A stretch of DNA of 64,000 nucleotides. Origin: Candidatus Cloacimonadales bacterium. GTDB lineage: Bacteria > Cloacimonadota > Cloacimonadia > Cloacimonadales > JAIOQZ01. A model generated the notes under the pieces. It ran no database searches. It saw only the letters and a program-made list of their open reading frames with translations, and was not told the origin of the DNA. The stretch's first letter is position 1; each line of letters begins with the position of its first letter. Where the stretch lies: assembly GCA_963665815.1 (NCBI GenBank), contig OY762463.1, positions 1,824,001 through 1,888,000 of the forward strand. Reading direction: 5' to 3'. Both the position numbers and the translations under genes were made by a program. This document shows, piece after piece, positions 9,384-18,373 of this stretch.

Positions 9384-10496
9384 TTAAATCATAAAACAAT
9401 TCATTATTCTTTGTGCATGAGCTTTCCAACTGAAATTCTGCACACGTTCTAAACCTTTTTCTATCAAAATCTTCCTCTGATCTTCGTCCGACAATAACTT
9501 CATGATACTGTCTCGTATTGATTCAGGATCTGCTGGATCAAAAATTTCTACAGCATCACCACCGACTTCTACAAGAGATGGCGTATCTGAGCATGCTACA
9601 GGAGTTCCACAAGCCATGGCTTCCAGCATTGGGATCCCAAAACCTTCGAAATATGACGGAAAAGCATACAATGATGCTGATTTGTATATCTCCGGTAGTA
9701 GTTCTCCGTCTACAAAACCAGGAAATATCATCGAATCCCTGTCATCCGAATTGCTGTGATAATCTGTTACTGCATCGCTGCCAGACCAGAGTTTACCGGG
9801 CATTATCAGCTTGTATTCCTTCTTTATATTATCAGGAAGCATCTCAAATGCTTTCATAAGATTAAGATGGTTTTTTCCAGGATGCTCAATTCTGGCAATA
9901 TACAGAATATATTTTCCTTTATAAATTTCAGGCAACTCTCTCCCTGAAGTATATTCACTGTTAAATCGCCTGTCATCATATCCGTTATAATTCAGAACAA
10001 TCTCAGTTTTCGGAGTTCGAAAAAACTGCATGATGTCGTTCTTAGTACTTTCACTGATTGCACACTTATAATCCGCTTTCCTGAGAAAGTGAGGTATTAT
10101 ATGTCTGATATAGAACATTCTGAAAACATCATATTTACCATCAATATGGAACTGAGAAAGATCATGCACTGTGGCAACGGTCCTGACAGGATACCTGCAC
10201 AAAAGTCTTCTGTTCCCCGCCGGTAGAAATATACCGTCATACTTTCCTAATCTGAAACAAAATGGGACAGCAAAAAGATGCCATGCCATATTTAACACAG
10301 GTTTTTCCAGACAATTCGGCACAAGAATAAACCTGAGATTCTTATGTCTTACAGGGAATGCTTTCAGATCTTTCTTCAGCAGCATTAAATCAATAGATGC
10401 ATGTTCCAGTAATTCTCTGACCGAGTTTATGATATAGTCAGAAATCCCTGATTGACCACTATCAAACGCCATTCCACTAACAAATAGTTTTATCAT
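9384..10496 (-). CDS. Glycosyltransferase family 4
   Basis: TVHDL, KNHLNL, FPSYFEGFGIPMLEAMACGTPV. Confidence 0.93.
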   Translation of the reverse strand: MIKLFVSGMAFDSGQSGISDYIINSVRELLEHASIDLMLLKKDLKAFPVRHKNLRFILVPNCLEKPVLNMAWHLFAVPFCFRLGKYDGIFLPAGNRRLLCRYPVRTVATVHDLSQFHIDGKYDVFRMFYIRHIIPHFLRKADYKCAISESTKNDIMQFFRTPKTEIVLNYNGYDDRRFNSEYTSGRELPEIYKGKYILYIARIEHPGKNHLNLMKAFEMLPDNIKKEYKLIMPGKLWSGSDAVTDYHSNSDDRDSMIFPGFVDGELLPEIYKSASLYAFPSYFEGFGIPMLEAMACGTPVACSDTPSLVEVGGDAVEIFDPADPESIRDSIMKLLSDEDQRKILIEKGLERVQNFSWKAHAQRIMNCFMI

Positions 10497-11644
10497 GAAT
10501 CATCTCCCTGCAGAAGACTTTCAATTCTCTGCACATTTTCTGTGTTATCAAATTTTTTCTTGAAGAACTTCAGAGCTTTTTTACCCATAATCTTTGATTT
10601 ATCCGGAGCAAGTACAAGTTGATGTAAAAAACCGGCAAATGCCAGAAGATTACCTTCCTGAACAAGGAATCCATTCTCTTCATGATACAGCCACTCATCA
10701 ATGCCACCGATGTCAAATGCGATAACAGGTTTCCCATGTGAAAATGCTTCAGGTCCTATCATTCCGAATGGTTCCTGCCATCGTACCGGAACAACAACAG
10801 CGTCACATTTATTATAATAATCATTAACATTATCTACCCACCCGGTAAATGTAACATGCTCTTCAATACCGAATTTTCTTACAAGAAAATCCAGATATTC
10901 TCTGTCATTACCGTCTCCTGTAATAGTTAGATGGAATGGATATATCAGCATTGCTGCAATTTCCATAAGCTGATCTACCCCCTTACCTCTTATCAACTGC
11001 CCTACATAGAGAAGCTCTAGCTTATCATTCTTTTTATACTCAGGTTCAGGAGCTTTATCAATTATGGGATAGACTTTATGGATTTTCTGATCAGCAAATC
11101 CGTTTTCAATCAGATTCTTTCGCATATAATCCGAAAGCACAACGATTTTATCGCTTTTTTTCAGTGTCTGCATAAATGTCTCAAACTTATGAGGATTCAA
11201 GAACTTGACTGGAAAGCTTTGGCCTGTCTTCTGTATCAGACATGAACATAGCGAACAATATTGCTTATTGAATTTCCTGTTACAATTGATTCTTTTGTAG
11301 GGATAGTATTTGTGCTTTCTCATACAGTAGAAATCATGATCGTGTACAGTTAAAACCGTTCTGTAATTCTCCTGCATCATTTCTAGTAGATTCTGACTTG
11401 TTATCTTGTGAATATATGCAACATCAATATCACCAAACAATTCCTTTACTTGTTCAATTGTATGATTGTTATAGATATAACACTTCTCAAATATCTGCTC
11501 AAATTCCTTTTCATTGTCCGGCATTTTTTCAAAAAACCCGAACAATTTATGTCCCTGCTCCTTCAAAAGAAGCCCGACTTTGTATATATACTTTTCAACT
11601 CCGCCTTTAAAGCCAAAATGCGTATTCACAATTAAAATATTCAT
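10493..11644 (-). CDS. Glycosyltransferase family 4 with Cys-rich insert
   Basis: GGVEKY, TVHDHDFYC...C...CSLC, YVGQLIRGKG, EPFGMIGPEAFSHGKPVI. Confidence 0.92.
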   Translation of the reverse strand: MNILIVNTHFGFKGGVEKYIYKVGLLLKEQGHKLFGFFEKMPDNEKEFEQIFEKCYIYNNHTIEQVKELFGDIDVAYIHKITSQNLLEMMQENYRTVLTVHDHDFYCMRKHKYYPYKRINCNRKFNKQYCSLCSCLIQKTGQSFPVKFLNPHKFETFMQTLKKSDKIVVLSDYMRKNLIENGFADQKIHKVYPIIDKAPEPEYKKNDKLELLYVGQLIRGKGVDQLMEIAAMLIYPFHLTITGDGNDREYLDFLVRKFGIEEHVTFTGWVDNVNDYYNKCDAVVVPVRWQEPFGMIGPEAFSHGKPVIAFDIGGIDEWLYHEENGFLVQEGNLLAFAGFLHQLVLAPDKSKIMGKKALKFFKKKFDNTENVQRIESLLQGDDS

Positions 11645-11934
11645 AATCTTTTTTCTCTACAGTTTACACTGTCATCAATGCTGATAATCAGTGCGTTGTT
11701 AATATTCTGCTGTTTCATTGTAATCAACAGTTCCGTATCATGGATAGGACATGCCCTGATCTTATTATATATTAAAACAATCAGTTCATCATCAACTGAA
11801 AAACACAATGAGTTATTTATTGGTCTCAGTTCCCTGATTCCATTTTCACAAATCCCTGAAAAGCAATCAATCCTGAGCTCTTCAGTATTTGTGCTCGAAA
11901 TTACATTGAGAATCTTTTTCTTATACTTTTCCAT
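11641..11934 (-). CDS. Hypothetical protein (97 aa)
   Basis: ORF fills the gap in the operon exactly (6-bp gap upstream, ATGA overlap downstream); no recognised motif. Confidence 0.7.
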   Translation of the reverse strand: MEKYKKKILNVISSTNTEELRIDCFSGICENGIRELRPINNSLCFSVDDELIVLIYNKIRACPIHDTELLITMKQQNINNALIISIDDSVNCREKRL

Positions 11935-11940
11935 GAAATT

Positions 11941-14280
11941 TTACTTCATCATTACTTTTTCATAAACATCTTCATATAAACCAATTAAATATTTATATGT
12001 ATATTTCTGTCTCACAAGCTTTTCACCTTCTGCTGCAAGGGCAGAGAGTTTATCTCTGTCAGTATATGCTTTGAGCATTTTCTCCGAACACATTTCAACA
12101 TTCTCAGAATCAAAAAGATATCCGTTTTTACCTTCAACAACAAGGTTGGGATCAACGACATTGCTTTGAATAACCGGAGTTCCACTAATCCAGCTTTCAA
12201 CAACAACAGCACCCGAATTCATGAACCTGACAGGAATAACATGAACATCTGAATACCTGAGCCAGCTCAACACTTCCCAGCGATCAACCATTCCGGTGAA
12301 AATCACGCGTTCATCCAGATTATGCTCACCGACAAGCCTTTTCATCTCTTCAAAAAGTTGAGGTTCATAGTCTGCTCTTCCTACGAAAACATACATTGAA
12401 TCCGGAATCTCGTTCGCAATTTTTATAAAGGCTTTAAGTCCTATCATCTGTCCCTTGATCTCTGATACCCGTCCCAGAGAAAGGAAGACAAATTTATCAT
12501 CATTAATTTTTTTAATCTTTCTTATGTTATCTACTTCAACCTCATATTCATTCAAAAGAATAGGTACAGGCGAATAAGACACATTTGGATTAAACTGTTT
12601 GAAAAATCTGATTTCTTTATCTGCAATTGCGAATATGTGATCATACCCGTGCAGAAACATTTTTTCTCTGTGTTTTATATTATAAGAGCTCAAAACATCC
12701 GGATTAATTTTACCTGTTTCTTTTATTATACCTGCATAATCAAGAAAATCGAAAGAACAGAGAATTACTGGCATATTGAACAGCTTTCCTATGATAAATG
12801 CCAGCATATTGTTATAGCTTATTGCCGGGAAGCACTGGATTACATCATAACGTTCATTAATCAGATGCCAGATGATTGTCGGGCAAAGAGTTTTTGTTTT
12901 GATATTTGGCAATTTCACAAACGGATTGAACAGATCATATAACCTTTTTACAATAAATCCGTTTTCAATCTCAGTCTTTTCTCTGTCTATTCTATGAGGA
13001 CAGATTACTGTTACTTCGTTATTCTTTGCCAGTTCTATTGCCTGATAGTGGATATTTGTTTCAGCTCCGCCGACTTCCGGATAAAATCTGTTTGTCAGTA
13101 TTGCTATTTTTTTTCTTGTTTTTACGGTTTTCAAAAACTCAATAAAAGATTTTCCTACATTATCTGAAAAATAGAGCTTCATCGTTTTTGCATAAAGTCT
13201 TTGTCCAATCTCAGAAAGCTTCTCCGGTTCTGCATGAAGCCTTTTAATTTCTTCACACATTTTCTCTGCAGAATCCCGAATTACTACTTCAGACTCATCA
13301 AGTTCCAGCCCTTCAATACCAATTGTAGTCGTTAAAACTGCTTTTTTCAGCATACCGGCTTCAAGAATTCGTGTTCTTGTTCCGGAAGCAACCCGTAATG
13401 GCAAAAGCACTGATAATGCATTATGAATCTCTGACTCAATATCATCAACTTCACCAATAATATCAATATTATCATAGTCCTTATAATCGGAATAAAGTTT
13501 TGATTCCTCTTTACCAACAATCCTGATCCGTATATCATTTTCAATCAGCCATTCCTTCAGGGCAGGATACATGTTATTCACAAAATTCATAAAAGCATCT
13601 TCATTAGCGGCAGAACTCAATGTACCAAAGAACAAGATGTATTTTTCATTATTCAAAGAAAATGTATCTCTGTCAACACGGCCAATTGCATTTGGCAGAA
13701 TTTGATAATGCAGTTCAGGACGTTTCGCATAGTCCAAAACCATATCTCTTTCAACCGAATTAGAAAAAAAGAAATAATATGGTCTTGAGAAGAATTTCTT
13801 CTCGAAAGCTTTTAACTTAAGATACTCTATGAAGAAATATCTGTTTTTAAGAGTTTTACATTTATTCCATGAAAGCTCAGCAATTCTTGAAAAAAGCATG
13901 TCCACATCAATGATGATTTTTGAGTTTGGAGATATATATTCAGCTATCCTTGCCAGCTTTGCCATTGAGCTGAATCGAAATACAATCAGATCGTATTTAC
14001 TGGATTGCAGTATGCGCTTCCATTTTCGAATCTGCTCATTAGTAAATTTATATACCGCTGTAGTTTCCCATAAGTTCGTATCCATTTGTGTACCCATGGA
14101 ATAACAGTTTTCATAGCCGCTATGTTTATGTACTTTAGAGAAAATGTATCTCCATGATCTGACGAGAAACAAATCACAGTCATATTCCTTATTGAGAGTA
14201 TTCCATAAGAATCTGCTACGGTTTTTATCTCCACCTTTTTCATTGGCAAACGGAGTATCTACATAAAGCACTTTCTTCAT
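11941..14280 (-). CDS. Two-domain (tandem) family 4 glycosyltransferase
   Basis: First GT-B: PLRVASGTRTRILEAG..TTIGIEG; second: YPEVGGAE, LGRVSEIKG, SGAVVVESWISGTPVI. Confidence 0.9.
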   Translation of the reverse strand: MKKVLYVDTPFANEKGGDKNRSRFLWNTLNKEYDCDLFLVRSWRYIFSKVHKHSGYENCYSMGTQMDTNLWETTAVYKFTNEQIRKWKRILQSSKYDLIVFRFSSMAKLARIAEYISPNSKIIIDVDMLFSRIAELSWNKCKTLKNRYFFIEYLKLKAFEKKFFSRPYYFFFSNSVERDMVLDYAKRPELHYQILPNAIGRVDRDTFSLNNEKYILFFGTLSSAANEDAFMNFVNNMYPALKEWLIENDIRIRIVGKEESKLYSDYKDYDNIDIIGEVDDIESEIHNALSVLLPLRVASGTRTRILEAGMLKKAVLTTTIGIEGLELDESEVVIRDSAEKMCEEIKRLHAEPEKLSEIGQRLYAKTMKLYFSDNVGKSFIEFLKTVKTRKKIAILTNRFYPEVGGAETNIHYQAIELAKNNEVTVICPHRIDREKTEIENGFIVKRLYDLFNPFVKLPNIKTKTLCPTIIWHLINERYDVIQCFPAISYNNMLAFIIGKLFNMPVILCSFDFLDYAGIIKETGKINPDVLSSYNIKHREKMFLHGYDHIFAIADKEIRFFKQFNPNVSYSPVPILLNEYEVEVDNIRKIKKINDDKFVFLSLGRVSEIKGQMIGLKAFIKIANEIPDSMYVFVGRADYEPQLFEEMKRLVGEHNLDERVIFTGMVDRWEVLSWLRYSDVHVIPVRFMNSGAVVVESWISGTPVIQSNVVDPNLVVEGKNGYLFDSENVEMCSEKMLKAYTDRDKLSALAAEGEKLVRQKYTYKYLIGLYEDVYEKVMMK

Positions 14281-15122
14281 CGCTTAATTCCTTTGGAATA
14301 ATCACTTATACCTCTATTCACAGCATATTTCTGAACGAGTCTGTAAATAAAAGACTGACATATTAAATGATATTCATTTCGTTTTGCAATCCAGATAACA
14401 TCTCTCAAAAACTCCATAATGAATGGTTTCAGGAAAAATCTGATCAAAGACGGTTTGAATCCATATATTTTACCTTCTGCCACACCTTCCCCATGGAATC
14501 TTTTATATACCTGTGGAATAGTGTAATTATGAGAATGTTCTACAATTGCTTCCGGGACATACACAAGAGTATATCCTTTGTTTTTCATTCTGTAAGACCA
14601 CTCTATATCTTCGGAGTACTGTATGTCAGGATCAAAGGGATGTTCCTGAATCATAGATTTTTTGACTGCACTGGTTGCAAGTGAAAAGAAATGATGCCAG
14701 TTCTTAGATTCTCTTCCGTCTCCAAATGCTCTCACCATGTCTTTTATCACAAGAGAATGAGCGTCAGGTCTATAAATCTGATTTCCGAATACAGCCGCAA
14801 CTTTTGCATTTAAAAGAGGCTTTATAAGGTTTTTCAACCAGTTTCTGTCCTGCGGAATGCAATCAGAATTGTTAAACACAATAATATCACCATTCGCTCT
14901 GGCAACAGCTTCATTTAATACTCTGCCCGGAATATAGTCTGACGATTTTATCTGATATGCATTATCTGCATTATACTTCCGAATTACTTCCCAGGTACCA
15001 TCTCTGGATCCTGAATCAACATTGAGAATCTCAAACTCATCATAATCCTGTTCCAGCAGCATTTTCATTGTTGTTTCAATATATTCAATATCGTTAAACG
15101 ATCTTACAATAATTGTTACCAT
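14277..15122 (-). CDS. Glycosyltransferase family 2 (rhamnosyltransferase-like)
   Basis: IIVRSFN, VDSGSRDGT, NNSDC, SEDIEW, VEHSHNY. Confidence 0.9.
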   Translation of the reverse strand: MVTIIVRSFNDIEYIETTMKMLLEQDYDEFEILNVDSGSRDGTWEVIRKYNADNAYQIKSSDYIPGRVLNEAVARANGDIIVFNNSDCIPQDRNWLKNLIKPLLNAKVAAVFGNQIYRPDAHSLVIKDMVRAFGDGRESKNWHHFFSLATSAVKKSMIQEHPFDPDIQYSEDIEWSYRMKNKGYTLVYVPEAIVEHSHNYTIPQVYKRFHGEGVAEGKIYGFKPSLIRFFLKPFIMEFLRDVIWIAKRNEYHLICQSFIYRLVQKYAVNRGISDYSKGIKR

Positions 15123-15124
15123 GT

Positions 15125-17050
15125 TTATTCCTTATTGAGCGAAAGCCTGAACCGAGTACAATTCAGGTTATCTATCCTGTTTCGAACCGCATCCTGAGCA
15201 AGTTCTTTTATCATAGAAATACCCCGTCCCCTCTCGTTAAGGACAAGTAGTTCATCAAGGTTTTTAATTAAATCTTCCTTATTTTCCTCTTTAGTTTCAC
15301 TAAAGTTAAGTACCCATTCCTTACCTTCATCAATAAATGTAAGCTCCAGAAACTCTCCGAATGATAGTATTACGAATATATATGCATCTTTTCTGGAATC
15401 AAGTCCATGGACAATGATGTTATTCAGAAATTCATTAACAATCAGCTCAACTTTATAGCCAAGCCATGTATTACCTGTCCATTTCTTGACGAGGAATTCA
15501 CAGTTTCTACCGATCTTTCCAACCTCGGAAAGCATTGATTGAATACAATACAGATGGTTATTCTGTAACTTTTTAATACTTAGCTTTTTATCATCCTGTA
15601 TGTGAGTACACATATTCACAAATATAAAATTCTTACCTGTGTTCCTATATCCCTCGAGATTCATTATTCTCTCGAAATTATCAGGGAACAGATTTATATA
15701 AGAAAAATTATGATAGTACTTCTGAAGAATTAATGAGAACTTTTCCATATTGAGTTCTTCATCATTTCTTTCCAGTGAAAAAACACCTTCAGTAAACAAA
15801 AAAATCATTGTATTTATTTTCAGTTCTACAGTATGTTCCGTAATTTCCTCTATATTTGTAACAGACTTAATGTAATCTATTCTGTTTTCATGATTATCAT
15901 AAATAATCATATCAGGTGAATTTAATGATGCTGTTTTAACTGTTTTGGCTTTCATGTCAAAAACAGCTAACATCACTTTCAAATTAGCATGAGTTCTAAG
16001 GTTTATTTTAAGATTATGCTCAAGTTTACTGAAGACAAGCCTGAGAATCTCATCCACAGGCATATGCTCCAACTCTCTGGAAAGCTTGAATATCACTGAT
16101 TTAACCGCAGAAGCATACAATACAGACTTTGCTCCGGTATGCGAAATATCTACAATAAAATACATATACTTATCATCACTAATCTGAATCATATCTGAAA
16201 TTGAACCGAGACTATCCATGAAGTATGGAAAATACGTTGACACAACTAAATCTTCATATTGCTCAACGCCTTTGGTGATAATTGCAGACTGAATCTGACT
16301 TGTCGCCTGGGACTGCTCAAGCATAATATCGAGATAGCTCTGAAGTTTTGATTCAGATTTCTTACGTTCAGTAACATCCCTAAGTTTCCACAAAAATGCT
16401 GTTGTTTTCCCGGCATCTTCAATTGGAATAAATTCGCGTTCTACTATCAAAGCATCACTCAATGTGATTTCACTGACAGAGGTTCCATTCCCCTGATCAT
16501 TGATGTTTGAAAACATTTCGTAAAATGAATCTATATTATGAAATGCTCTGGACAGCTCATAAATCAAATTAAGAGTTGACAGACCAAAATAGGAGGTTGC
16601 TTCCTGTTTTAAATCAAGCATTCTCACGAATTTCTCATTGATGAACAGTATCTTACGCTCAGAGTCCTCTAACAATACACCCTCTTCAAGATGAGAAAGA
16701 ACAAGCGATAAATCTGCAGTTATACCTGAAGTTCTGCTGTTTTCTTCATGTCTTGTTCCGGTTATCTGCACAATCAGTTCATCATTATAAAGGGGAATAA
16801 CATTTAAGTTAAAATTTCTTGAGTGGGAAGTCCAATCTATCTGCTGTACCTGCTTTTGTGCTTCTGCCCGAAACAGCAGTTCCCGTATTTCACTTTGAAA
16901 CTGATTACTTAATGCAGTTCTATTTGAGTTAAGAACATCATCTATCATGAATTGATATTCAGATGTTCCATGCATTGACAGCACTTCTCTCTTCAATCCG
17001 ACATGAATAAAAAGAGACTCTTTAACTACGCTTTTTCCTTTATTATTCAA
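15125..17050 (-). CDS. PAS + degenerate PP2C/SpoIIE-like domain + RsbW/SpoIIAB-type HATPase serine kinase
   Basis: PAS (EEGVLLED..INEKF, RDVTERK); PP2C-like IVDISHTG, LFTEGV; kinase N/G1/G2 boxes ELIVNEFLNNIIVHG, DEGKEW, ERGRGISMI. Confidence 0.85.
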   Translation of the reverse strand: MNNKGKSVVKESLFIHVGLKREVLSMHGTSEYQFMIDDVLNSNRTALSNQFQSEIRELLFRAEAQKQVQQIDWTSHSRNFNLNVIPLYNDELIVQITGTRHEENSRTSGITADLSLVLSHLEEGVLLEDSERKILFINEKFVRMLDLKQEATSYFGLSTLNLIYELSRAFHNIDSFYEMFSNINDQGNGTSVSEITLSDALIVEREFIPIEDAGKTTAFLWKLRDVTERKKSESKLQSYLDIMLEQSQATSQIQSAIITKGVEQYEDLVVSTYFPYFMDSLGSISDMIQISDDKYMYFIVDISHTGAKSVLYASAVKSVIFKLSRELEHMPVDEILRLVFSKLEHNLKINLRTHANLKVMLAVFDMKAKTVKTASLNSPDMIIYDNHENRIDYIKSVTNIEEITEHTVELKINTMIFLFTEGVFSLERNDEELNMEKFSLILQKYYHNFSYINLFPDNFERIMNLEGYRNTGKNFIFVNMCTHIQDDKKLSIKKLQNNHLYCIQSMLSEVGKIGRNCEFLVKKWTGNTWLGYKVELIVNEFLNNIIVHGLDSRKDAYIFVILSFGEFLELTFIDEGKEWVLNFSETKEENKEDLIKNLDELLVLNERGRGISMIKELAQDAVRNRIDNLNCTRFRLSLNKE

Positions 17051-17058
17051 CGTATCTC

Positions 17059-18267
17059 CTAGAAAAATTCTTTTACCCAGAACGGTTCTCTCACACCTAT
17101 TCCTTGTTTAAACGATTTCAGTAGTTCTATCATTGTGAATGTAACATCCTGATCTTTAGGAATTATTGTAATTCCATTCTTAGCTTTTACATCTTCGTCA
17201 ATCATCATATATATATGCAAATCCTGGACATTAATCTGTTTTCTTCTGAACTTTGATCTCTGAACAGGAATATCTTTCAGTATTTCCAACAGCATCGGAT
17301 TATATTCTTTATACAAACTTTTCATATATTGAATTGCATCTGAAGGAAACTTGCCGCTCTTCAGCTGAATCTCGAAATCCAGAGAAACCTTCAGCATTTG
17401 AGCCCCCAGAGATATTGGAGTCTGCTTGTAATTATCCATTTCAGTGTATTCCCTGAATGATTTTAGCTGTCCTCCTATCATATATGCTATTGACTGCATA
17501 CCCGGTATTTTTGCAAGAAGTCTTCTCGCAATTTTAGGGTGCCTGTCAAATACATCACTTTCATCTTCAGAAAGAGATTCCCCTGATGAAACCTTTATCA
17601 GTAAATCCTGAGGAATAGCAATTGTACCTATCTGGCTGAGAGTTGCAGCAAGAATAAATTCCCATTTATTATCCGGACTGATCCTGTCAGCAATAAACTC
17701 GACATAACGACGTATACTTGATGATCGTGAAAAAGCAATTGAATTGGAATAGCTCAGAACTTCAGATAAGATCGAAACTGACGCATTAGTTGTTTTTTCC
17801 TTAAGTTCCATCTGTTGTCTTGCTTCAAGTGTTCTTTTATTTACTTCTTTTTCCAGATCAGAGTTAATTCTACGCAACTCATCACGAGCAAGTTTCAATT
17901 CAAGGTGATTCTTTACTCTTGCTTTAAGTTCCTCTTTATTGAACGGTTTTGAAACATAATCTTTAGCCCCCAGAGATAATCCGTGTACAATACTCTCTTT
18001 ATCCGACTTTGCTGTCAGGAAAATCACAGGAATATCTTTGGTTTGAGGACTGTTCTGAAGTCTGTTGCAAACATCAAAGCCATTCATTTCGGGCATCATT
18101 ACATCCAGAAGAATCAGGTCATAATCATTTTCTTTGCCCCATTTAACAGCTTCTTTGCCTTTTGTGGTATACGAAATATCATAATTCTCTGTTCTCAGAA
18201 TACTCCCCAGTAATTGTATGTTCTTAGGGGCATCATCAACAATAAGAACCTTCGGCTTATAACTCAT
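17059..18267 (-). CDS. Response regulator (REC + HD-GYP-like domain, HD motif degenerate)
   Basis: VLIVDD, DLILLDVMMP, FLTA, KPF; ATLSQIGTIAIP in place of HDIGK, HPKIA. Confidence 0.88.
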   Translation of the reverse strand: MSYKPKVLIVDDAPKNIQLLGSILRTENYDISYTTKGKEAVKWGKENDYDLILLDVMMPEMNGFDVCNRLQNSPQTKDIPVIFLTAKSDKESIVHGLSLGAKDYVSKPFNKEELKARVKNHLELKLARDELRRINSDLEKEVNKRTLEARQQMELKEKTTNASVSILSEVLSYSNSIAFSRSSSIRRYVEFIADRISPDNKWEFILAATLSQIGTIAIPQDLLIKVSSGESLSEDESDVFDRHPKIARRLLAKIPGMQSIAYMIGGQLKSFREYTEMDNYKQTPISLGAQMLKVSLDFEIQLKSGKFPSDAIQYMKSLYKEYNPMLLEILKDIPVQRSKFRRKQINVQDLHIYMMIDEDVKAKNGITIIPKDQDVTFTMIELLKSFKQGIGVREPFWVKEFF

Positions 18268-18349
18268 TTTTGCTCCGTATACTTAGCATGATAAATTCAA
18301 AAGTAAGCTTTGATTATTTCGCACGTAAAATTCAGTAAATTCCGAGTAA

Positions 18350-18365
18350 TGCAAAATTCTTACCA
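18350..18365 (-). promoter_or_regulatory. Putative sigma-54 (-24/-12) promoter for the 18267->1 operon
   Basis: Minus strand TGGTAAGAATTTTGCA = GG-N10-GC, in the only sizeable intergenic gap, ~83 bp upstream of ATG 18267. Confidence 0.6.
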
Positions 18366-18373
18366 TGTTAATA

